DNA of 63,666 nucleotides, counting the filler, from Reclinomonas americana ATCC 50394 (lineage: Eukaryota): NCBI GenBank assembly GCA_048213135.1. It is 12 parts of 12 records of this genome, joined end to end, with 100 filler letters (N's around TTAATTAATTAA, not from the genome) between each part and the next. Parts side by side here need not be neighbours in the genome. Positions count along the whole stretch, not along the records: positions 47,201 to 48,762 come from AFZH01019540.1; positions 48,863 to 59,883 come from AFZH01019541.1; 10 more parts are not named here. The stretch is one strand, 5' to 3'. Both the position numbers and the translations under genes were made by a program. This document shows, in pieces, positions 47,201 to 57,000 of this stretch (positions within the stretch are counted from its first letter, which is position 1; the number at the start of each line of letters is the position of its first letter). The notes under the pieces are model-generated. The model did no database searches. It was not told where the DNA came from and worked only from the letters and a program-made list of their open reading frames with translations.

Positions 47201-48309
47201 TCGCGCGTCGCGGCGAGCTCGTCGTGAGTGGAAGTGAGGATAGAACGGTGCGTGTGTGGTCGCTGGAGAGTGGCGAGGAGGTGCGACGGGTGGATGGACA
47301 CTCTGGCTATGTGTCTTCCGTCGCTCTTACTCCCGACGGCCTGCACGTTGCAAGCGCGAGCGAAGACAAGACCGTCCGTCTGTGGTCGGTCGACAATGGT
47401 GAGGAGGTGCGGCGGTTGGATGAGCACGCCAGATCGGTGCGGTCGGTTGCCGTCTCTCGTGATGGGAAGTACGTGGCGAGTGCGGGTGGCTACGACAAGA
47501 CTGTGCGTGTGTGGTCCGTAGCGAGTGGAGAGGAGGTGATGCGGTTGGAGGGACACACCGACGCAGTGATGTCGGTCGCCTTTACTCCCGACGGGCAGTT
47601 TGTTGTGAGTGGCAGTTATGACATGACTGTGGGTGTGTGGTCACTGTCGTCTGGCCAGGAGGTGCGTTGGCTAAGGGGGCACACGGGTGAGGTGAAATGT
47701 GTTGCCGTCACTGCCGATGGCCAGTTTGTCGTCAGTGCATGTCAGGACAAGACGTTGCGAGTGTGGCCGTTGGCGGCGGAGAGTGGTGAGGGCGAGGTGC
47801 GACGGCTGGAGGGGCACACTAGCGTGGTGTGGTGTGTGGCCGTCACTCCCGACGGTCAGCAGACAGTGAGCGGGAGTCATGACAAGACTCTGCGGGTGTG
47901 GTCGCTGGCGAGTGGAAAACAAGTGCGGCGGATGGACGGGCACACCGGGTTCGTGCAGGCTGTTGCCGTGACCCCCGATGGTCGACGCGTTGTGAGTGGG
48001 AGTGAGGATCGCACAGTGCGGGTGTGGTCGCTGGCGAGTGGCGAGGAGGTGCTGCGGTTGGAGGGACACGGTTCGTGGGTCTGGTCAGTCGCCGTCACCC
48101 CTGATGGGAGGCACGTGGTCAGTGCGAGTGATGATCGGACGGTGCGGGTGTGGTCGCTGGAGGTGGAGGAGGGAGAGGGGGGGAAGGGGAAGGAGGGGGT
48201 GGGGGTGGAGGGGAAGGAGGAGTGTGTGAGGGGAGGTTTGCTTGAGCGTGTTATTGGGTCGTTCTTTGTGGCGGACTTTACCGGTGTGCGGTATGGAGAA
48301 GAAGAGTAA
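43166..48309 (+). CDS. NLR-like protein 1: Ubl - HEPN - NACHT - pentapeptide - WD40 (two internal gaps)
   Basis: Micro-exon ATGTCG|gtgagt at 43166; Ubl exon from 43837; large exon from 44335 with FDTTAL..RKGLAH, GNSGAGKT, LLLLDGYDEL, IITCR, NPFML, pentapeptides (RDLSG/ADLRD/ADLRE/ADFRG) and at least 12 WD repeats. Confidence 0.85.
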
Positions 48310-48697
48310 TTGTGACAAGGCAAGGGATTTGGAATGTGGTGGTTGGCAAGGGTTTTGTGGTCGGAGAAGAGTAAATGAGTGCCTAGACATTGGTGGTGTG
48401 GTCAAGGTCATTGTTGGCAAGGGATTTGGAATGGGTGAAGTCTGAACGAAGTAGTGGTTGGAGAAGAGAAAGGCAATGTGGACAATTGTTGCATTGTTGG
48501 AATGCGGTGGTTTGGAGAAGAGTGTCTGTGTGTGCTTATATCTATATCTACATACCTTGGTGGTGATGTGCCAAGGTCATTGTCGGTAAATGTGGTCATG
48601 CGTGACGTCGGAAAATTCAACGAGGCGGACAATAACTGTCGCTGTGCACTGAGACGGTGCTGTCTCTCTGTGCGCTTGTGAGGCAGTGACTTAGACT

Positions 48698-48923
48698 CTT
48701 CTTCTTCTTCTTCTTCTTCTTCTTCTTCTTCTTCTTCTTCTTCTTCTTCTTCTTCTTCTTCTNNNNNNNNNNNNNNNNNNNNNNNNNNNNNNNNNNNNNN
48801 NNNNNNTTAATTAATTAANNNNNNNNNNNNNNNNNNNNNNNNNNNNNNNNNNNNNNNNNNNNCTTCTTCTTCTTCTTCTTCTTCTTCTTCTTCTTCTTCT
48901 TCTTCTTCTTCTTCTTCTTCTTC
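48698..48923. repeat. (CTT)n microsatellite on both sides of a gap
   Basis: Direct observation. Confidence 0.9.
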
Positions 48924-48947
48924 TAGATCTGCTTGTCGTTTTCTAGC

Positions 48948-51900
48948 ATGAGTGCCTATGACAAACGTCAAGCTCGACTGCAAGCCGAGGCTGCCCTTCT
49001 GCAAGCCGCCGCTGCTGCTCAAGCTGCTACTGCTCGCCAACCTGCTGCCTCCGTCGTTGCCTCCGATCCTCGCCTTTCCATCGGCGACGAGGTGATTGTG
49101 GTGGGCGAGGCGCCGCATGTGGAGCGCTTTGCGTTCCGCTCGGTGCTGGCGATGAATCGTCGACCCGCGGATGATGCTGCTGGCAGTGCACCGCCTGTGT
49201 ACATGGAGCATGTGGTGGAGGAGTACCGCAAGACAGCGGAGGACTATCAGTGTCCAGTGTGCATGGTGAGTAGATGGAGAGAGAGAGAGAGAGAAAGGAG
49301 AGAGAGAGAGAGAGAGAGTGAGTGAGATGACATGACAGGACGATATCACGGAAACGAGGGAAAGTCAGCCGGAGATGGGATTAGAGAGCTCGACTCAAAG
49401 CAGCAAGTCCAGGGCAGTGAGACCAGGAAAGACACAGATAGGCAGAACATGCTGACTCGCACAGAGCGAAAGAGGAGAATCACAATGCACATGAGAGTCT
49501 GACAACAACCGATTGCAGCAGGAGCTGTGCCAGCCTGATTTTGTCGTGTGCTCCAACGAGGTGCATCACTTGTGCCGGTGAGTGTGTTTCACGGATGCGT
49601 AGCTGAGTGCGTGATGGCGTGCTGACGAGAGCTGCGAGCAGTGCGCACATGAGTGAGGCACCGCAAGGTAAAGATTGATGCGGGTGCGGAGTGACATCTG
49701 CCGCGACAGCTTTGGAGCCCATTCGGCGGCTTAAGCTGACTTACGAGAACCTGGAGGTGACGTGCTCACAGATGGCGGTGCTTTTCTCTCGAAAGCCGTT
49801 GTGCTGACTGAGTGTGTCACAGATACTGTGCCCCAAGTGTCGACAGCGAATGGTTTGTGTGTACAGCACTCTGTCTCTGATATTCTCCTTTCCTCTCGTC
49901 TCTTCCGCCCCTCTCAGTTTTCCTTTCCTCTCACTTCTTCTCTTTTCGTTTTCTCTCCCCTCCATTTCTGTTCTCTACTTCTTGTCTTTTCAATACTCAT
50001 CTCCGCTGCCTCGTCTCCCTCGCCGCCTCTCCACTCGTCTCGTCTCAGTTCCTTTCCAAATCTCCGTCACTTGCACTTCTTTCTGCCCTCTCCATTTCCT
50101 CTTCCATTCTCGCGTGTCTGCTGTTCCTCTGCCCATCACCTCGACTCGTGTGGTCTCAGTTCATTTCGATTCGTCTCCGCCGTTTCTTCGTCATCTCCTC
50201 TTCTCTACTCTCTCCGCCTTCTCCCATCTCCTCCCGCCTGTTGCGACTCAACTTTTCTCCCTCTTCCTATCATGTCGTCACGATTCCATCCCTTACTTTC
50301 CTCTCTTCTCATCTTCTCCTCTTCTCGCCACTCCCTTCTCTTTGACTCATTCATGTCGTCTTCTCTTCTTCTTTTTCCTTGCTCTATTTTCTTCCCCTTG
50401 CCTCCCCCCTCACACATCCTCTTTGCAACAGACTGTCGGCGACTACTACCGCACGCACGCTACCTCGGCGTGCCTGTACAGTTGCGACGTGTGCAAGGCG
50501 AGCATGCCCTTGAACCGCACGGCAGAGCACGCGTGGAGTGCACGTGAGTGTCTGCGCGAGTGTCCGTTTGCGTGCGGCGTGCGGGTGCCGATGCGCGAGA
50601 TGGCGGAGCACAGTCGCACTGGGTGTGTGCGCACGTGCCCGCGATGCGGTGTGAACTCCACGCTTGCCAACATGCGCCAGCACCTAGGTGCGTATTTGAC
50701 GAGATGATTCGTGAAATCGTCTTCACCTCATGTGAGTGAGAATAGGGCGAGTGCGCGATGAAACCGGTGGCGTGCCGTGCGGCGGATCTTGGGTGCACGA
50801 CGCGCGGCCCGCAGCGCGACGTGCAACAGCACGAGCAGCAGTGTGATTTGCTGCGTGTCGAGAGGCCTCTCCGAGAGGTGAGATGCACGAGGAAGAGCGG
50901 TTATTGCGACGTTACTCTTTACCCCTCTGCCTCACAGCTGCATGCCCGTGTGAGTACGTTGACGGAGACCGTGGTGCGTATGGAGGAGGTATCACGCGAG
51001 AAGGAGCTGCGTCATGCGGAGGTTATGATGCAGTTGCAAGAGCAGCGCCGCCGTGGAGAAGAGCAGCAGAATCGCGTCGACGCGATGCTGGCGGCGTTTG
51101 AGCGGCAACAATTGCGGGTGACGGAGATGGAGCGGCAGTTGCTGGTGCAGAGTCGGCAGCTGCAGGAGGAGACGGCAGCCATTGACCGACGGCTGCGGAA
51201 CGGCGACGAGCAGACAATCAAGGTGTGCTGGTCTTTGATAACCACTTACTGCAGTCCGCTTACTTGCATCCGCGGCAGCTTATGCGTGCCGTCAATCCAC
51301 TGCTCGTCGAGGCAGCCGCGCGCGAGCTCGAGGCCGAAATGAGACAGCGGGAGGTGGCTGCGCGAGCCGAGGAAGAGCGTCGCCAGCGTGAGGGAGAGGT
51401 ACTTCTTTTCTGCTGAGTTCTGGCTTGGTGTGATTTGGTGCTAAATTGGTCCAACGTGCAGTATGCTGCAGCTGGTGAGTGAGTTCTCAATCACGTAAGA
51501 GAACTTAGAATGACAGGTCGTAGTTGTCGTTTTGCTGTTGATTAATATTATGTCGATGGCTTGTGCATGCCAACTTGCATGGCCAACTGGCTCTCTCTGT
51601 TGGTGTCGCTCCCCTTCTTACTTCGTGTATCTGTGTGTACTTGTGTCTTGATTGTTCTGTGTGGTCAGCGGATCGCCGCGAGGTCGTGCGCGCCTGGAAT
51701 GAGCTGCTGCAGACGTGTACGACCATGAGCATAGGGTTCACATCTGGTCAAGTACCGAGAATTCGTGCCTGCCCCGTTTGCTACCATATTCAAGGTGCGA
51801 TCTAGTCTCCGTTCAACGTGCGGCACAATTTGCTTACCCGACTCTCGCGATACTGTAGAGATGGCTGGCCCCTGCAAACACATGGCTTGCCAGTCGTGCG

Positions 51901-52078
51901 GTGCCAACTACTGCTTTCGCTGTTTGCGTGGCCAGCGCATTGGCGCTTGGCAGTTGCGTGCCCGCTGCACTGTGCAACATAAAGGCTGCTCACTAAACTA
52001 ATACTGGAAATGTACCACAGATGCGGTTCGTATCAAGACTCGTGCGACATCGCGCCTCGACAGACTTTTCCCGAGTGA
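48948..52078 (+). CDS. RING, TRAF-type zinc fingers, coiled coil, isolated RBR RING2 (Rcat)-like domain
   Basis: YQCPVCM..CSNEVHHLC; CLRECPFACGVRV..MAEHS; coiled coil; RACPVCYHIQEMAGPCKHMACQSCGANYCFRCL..WQCGSYQDSCDIAPRQT*. Confidence 0.78.
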
Positions 52079-52341
52079 CTGTGCATCCCTTTCGGAGATG
52101 CTTTGTAGTTTCTACTTGTTTTCTCCTGTCTTCCTCTACATGCCTAGCTTTGTTTTTGTCACAGATCGGTCCTCGTCGGTGATGCACCTTCACACAACAA
52201 TCAGTGAACTCCCGATGACAGATCACATATGCCTTAACGTTTATGTGTCTCTCACTGCAGATATGCCACAACAGAAACAACAACACAAAAACAAACAACA
52301 ACAACAACCTCAATAACCAAAACAACAGCAGCTCCTTCACT

Positions 52342-52452
52342 GCAACACAGCCACTACCATGAGCGAGCACAAGAAACAGAGATATCACGGAAAACAGGGA
52401 GAAAGAGTCGAGATGGCTAATGCTGGCGTTTCTGTAAGAGAAACCACGGCTC
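52342..52452. repeat. Diverged copy of the dispersed repeat at 31861-32155
   Basis: Shared blocks gcaacacagc, accat..gag.gagcac..gaaac.gag, ctggcg, agagaaaccacggctc. Confidence 0.6.
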
Positions 52453-52768
52453 GCGACAATCATGGAGTAGACGCCGACTTCCACATAGGTATGCAGAAAG
52501 ATAGCAAGAGGTGTTGGTGTCAGAACACATAGAAAACCCAACAAAGCCAGGCAACGTGCAAGGAAGTCCGGGAAGGAGCAGACGGGAGTTGTCACTAGCA
52601 CTGCCGACTGAAAATTCTGTCAACAGCACCACAGTGTGCTGACCGGATGCAATGGTCGTGGCGCGCGGCACAGCTGCACTGCAATCACCGCGAAGACCCT
52701 CTCTGCATTCTGGTGCTGACCAGCAAGCTGTTTAGATTGGTTGTTGTTGTCGTCGTCGCTCACCCTAT

Positions 52769-53899
52769 TCACCACTCCTCCGCACCGCGCTCAATCACCT
52801 CAGCATCCTCCAACACAAAGCACCGCAGCACAACGTCCACGAGAATCCACTCACGGCGCTTATCCTCCTCCTCCTCACCAAGCAGCTCATGGACGGCCGA
52901 CACAGCTGCCTTTGCGGCCGCCATCTCCTGCCGAGCGAGACCCCGCGCCGACGACCACACTCGTATCCTCTCGTCTCTGCACCCGCTCACAATGTGCTGG
53001 CCGTCGGGGGCGACGGCAACGGAATACACCGCCGCTTCGTGGTTCTCCAACCGTCGCACCTCCTCGCCGCTCTCGAGGCACCACACGATAATGCTTTGGT
53101 CTTGACTGCCACTCACAACGTACAGACCGTCGGGGGTGACCGCGACAGACCACACCGCGCCAGCGTGACCCTCGAGAATCCACCATTCGTCCCCACTCTC
53201 GAGAGACCACACACGCACCGTCTCGTCTCTGCTTCCACTCACCACGTGCTGCCCGTCGGGGGTGATGGCCACCGACAACACCGCTCCCGTGTGCCTCTCC
53301 AACCGCCGCACCTCCTCGCCGCTCTCAAGAGACCACACTCGCACGGTGCAGTCATCGCTGCCGCTGACAATGTGCCGCCCGTCGGCAGTGACGACGACAG
53401 ACCACAGTTGGTCCGTGTGGCCTGTCAAGCACAGCACCTCGTCGCCACTCTCGAGGGACCACACGCGCACTGTCTTGTCGCGACACCCGCTCACCACGTG
53501 GAGGCCGTCGGCGGTGACGGCCACCGACATTACCCCTGCGCCCACCGCAAGTCGCTGAACTTGTTGGCCAGTGGTCGCGCACCACACTCTCATCGTCAAG
53601 TCTTGACTCCCGCTCACGATGAATCGTCCGTCGCGGGTGCAAGCGGCACTCCACACCCAGGAGGTGTGGCCCTCCAGGCGGTGCAATTGGTGCCCACTTG
53701 CCAGCGATGACACGAGCACGGTCTTGTCGAAGCTGGTGCTGATGATGTGATGGCCGCGGGGGGTGAGGGTGACGGAGGAGATGGAGTGGTGGTGGTGGTG
53801 GTGGTGGAGGGTCTGTGGGGGGTGAGGGAGAGGGTGAGGGAGGACGGGGAGGGGGAGGGGGAGGAGAGGGAGGGAGGGAAAAGGAACTTTGCTCGTCAT
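52769..53899 (-). CDS. WD40 protein G (7 repeats plus tail), intronless
   Basis: 376-aa ORF; same repeat consensus; tail GLARQEM...WILVDVVLRCFVLEDAEVI. Confidence 0.9.
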   Translation of the reverse strand: MTSKVPFPSLPLLPLPLPVLPHPLPHPPQTLHHHHHHHSISSVTLTPRGHHIISTSFDKTVLVSSLASGHQLHRLEGHTSWVWSAACTRDGRFIVSGSQDLTMRVWCATTGQQVQRLAVGAGVMSVAVTADGLHVVSGCRDKTVRVWSLESGDEVLCLTGHTDQLWSVVVTADGRHIVSGSDDCTVRVWSLESGEEVRRLERHTGAVLSVAITPDGQHVVSGSRDETVRVWSLESGDEWWILEGHAGAVWSVAVTPDGLYVVSGSQDQSIIVWCLESGEEVRRLENHEAAVYSVAVAPDGQHIVSGCRDERIRVWSSARGLARQEMAAAKAAVSAVHELLGEEEEDKRREWILVDVVLRCFVLEDAEVIERGAEEW

Positions 53900-54061
53900 G
53901 TCACATATGAGGTGTTATGTGAACAAAGTTGCTCGCTGCATGTGTGATTGTCACATATCTCTTGAAGAGTATCGCGAGAGTGCACTGTGAGGCAAGTCCT
54001 TTGGCGACCTACGAAGAACTTCAACAACAGCAAATACAGCAACGAAGAACCTGCAATAAGA

Positions 54062-57000
54062 ATGTCGGTGAGTCGCGTGTTATTGAGTGAGTGGGGGACG
54101 CGACACCGAACAATTTCTGGGTCTCTCTCTCTCTCTCTCTCCCTCTTTCTTCTCTCTCTCTCTCTCTCAGACAGACACACGCTGATGTTTGTCATATTTG
54201 TCATGACAGTTCTCTGTCAAAGTGACTGCGGCGCATGATTCATCGCTGGCGGTGGTGGTGGAGGGCTTGACGACCATATCCACTCTCGCGGACTTGCTAC
54301 GCGAGGCCACGTGCTTGATGCGTTGGAAGAGTGGGGATGCGGAGATTGAGATTGAGGGAGTGGTGGAGCCCCTGCCATTCGACATTGATGACATGAGCGG
54401 AACGAAGCTGAAAGCATTAGGCATCAGCTCGTCCACCCAACTTGTTTTCCGCGTGAGGCATGGCGGGACATCGCTTTCAAGTGGCGGGTGTGTGTGTGTG
54501 CGCGTGTGTGTGTGTCAATGCTTCTGCAAACAGCACTCTGTTTGTGAACTCTAGAAGTCAATAGTAATCCATATGCCGTTGCGCGCGTGCAGGAAGCGGC
54601 CTGCTGAGTTGCCAGCATTCAACGAGTCTCGCACAAAGCGTCGGAGAACAGAGAATTCTGTGAACACTGCCGCTGCGGTGCCAATGGATGACGACGATGA
54701 TGCAGCGTCTGGTACAAGCAGTGGAGCCTCAATGGACGATTCCACCATGTGCGAGCGCGGGAGCGATATGCCGGAAGTTGATAGCGGTTCACGTGTGGAT
54801 GTGGTAAGTGCAGATTTGTCGGTGTTGATGTCAATTATTGTCAGACGCACTGCGTTTCTTGAGCACCTTGTTGATATATTGTGCTATAGGAAATTGGACA
54901 CGTCAGAATCGGCAACAAGCCTGTGATTGCAATGGATGACAGGTGCTGTAGTGGAGACGGTGCACGCACGCCTCATTTTTTTTTGGCGAGATCATTGATT
55001 CATTGCTAATTGCAGCTACTTTAAACTTGCTGTTGGTGGACTGTTGTCTGCTGGTCCGGGAACCGCGCCTGGCGTAAAGGAGGAGGCTGACACGGCGACG
55101 GTGGCGAGGTGAGTGTTTGGTTGTAGTTTGAAAGAATCGCTTATATGCACTGACTTTGGACGACAGGAGAATCAACTACAACCGCATGAGTATGGCTTTC
55201 GATGTAGTGGAGGAGGCCGTGCGTCATCGCTGCCAAAGCGCACTGGCACAGTTCAGTCGCGACCATCCCGACTTTGATGTGCGGGCGTGGGTGCCGAGTT
55301 TCACGCCTGCTGGCATGGATACGGCGTCGATAAAGGCATGGCGTGAGCGGCATTCTCCACTCCGATCTGGACGAGTTGCTCTGTTCAAGGAGAAGCGGGC
55401 TGTGCTGTTAGCCTGGCGTACTACTTTCGACACCGATGCCTCATCTGACCCTCCGTGTGACGGTTTCGACACAACGGCACTCACCTCCATCATGCTGTAT
55501 GGTGGCTTCGTTATGGATGACGGTCGCAAGCTGCTGCTGATTGATGATGTTGATGAGCGCAAGGCGGTAGAGGAGCTGAACAAAGTGAGAAAGGGATTGG
55601 TGCACAAGGACCTCATGGTGACGGGTGCCACTGTGCAACTGCACCTTGGTGACGGTGGTGTCTTCCTCTCCGTCCTCTCACGACTGCAGTTGACGGTGGA
55701 TGAGCGTGCTCGATTCTCCGCTCGTGTCTGCGAGGCGCGCTGTCTCGATTTCAGTGTCAGCATATTCGAGGAGCGGTTGCGTTGTCTGGCTGTATGTGAG
55801 CTCTCATTCTACCAGCATGACGAGAGTGTGCGCAAGGACATGCAGATGTATGTACCACTGCTGTGCTCCCGTGAGCGTGACGTCTCCTCGAGTGACAAGA
55901 TGACGGATCTCTTGTCGGAGGTGGATGCTTTCCTCTCCGACACCAACACCACGCAGCGTGTGCTGGTGCTCTTTGGCAACAGCGGGGCCGGTAAGACCAC
56001 TACCATGTCGGTGCTGGCTGAGCGAGCATGGCGGCAGTGGCAGACGAGAGAGAGTCGGCGCGTGCCTGTGCGTGTGCCTCTTGGTGCACTGCGAAATGCC
56101 GACGAGCGACTGTTGGAGGAGGCGTTGGAGAGATTGTCACCCGAGTTGGGATTCAATGCAGCGGATGTGCGACGGTTGAAGGAGGAGCCGTTGCTGTTGT
56201 TGCTTGACGGGTACGACGAGTTGAACCGTGCTGTGAATCTGTTCAACAACCAATTTGACGGATTTCGCAATGTAAAGGTGATTATCACCTGTCGCAGCGA
56301 TTACGCACTGACAGCACTGGGTGGTGTGACGCAGTATCGACGGTACTTTGCGCCGGTAGATGCACGAGGACAGTTGTGCATGCCGCAGTTGATGGAGAGA
56401 CACGTTGCACCATTCAACAAGGAGCAGATTCAGGAGTACTTTGAGCGATTGGTGCAATTGGGTGGTGATGATGTTGATGAAGTGCGATGGTCGACTGCCG
56501 AGGAGTACATTCATGCACTGAAGAGTGTGCATGGACTGGATGCACTGGTATCGAATCCGTTCATGCTGTCTGTGGTGGCACGTGTATTGCCGCAATTGGT
56601 GGCGAGTGGTGTGCAGCGGCCGACTCGGTCTGATGTGTTTGATCGCTTCATGCGACAGTGGATTGCAAGAGAGCAAGACAGGCAGACTTGTCTTGGGGCG
56701 GGTCGTGCGCCGAGTGAGGAGACATGTCTGGCGTTCTGTGAGGGACTGGCGCGATTGATGCATGAGAGGAATGTGGTTCGCGTGTCTGTGACGGAGAGTC
56801 TGTCGGGAGATGAGGAGGACGAGGGTGAATTTGGTGGCGCGCCACTTGATCGTCGTCGACGGGTGGAGGGGTGGCCATTTGACAAGTTCTTTGGTCACAA
56901 GAACCAGCATGTGCGAGTGTGCTGTCCAATTGTGCGACGGTATGCGACAACGCATTGGGGATTTGTGCATCTGTCGTTGCTGGAGCACTGTGTGGCACGG

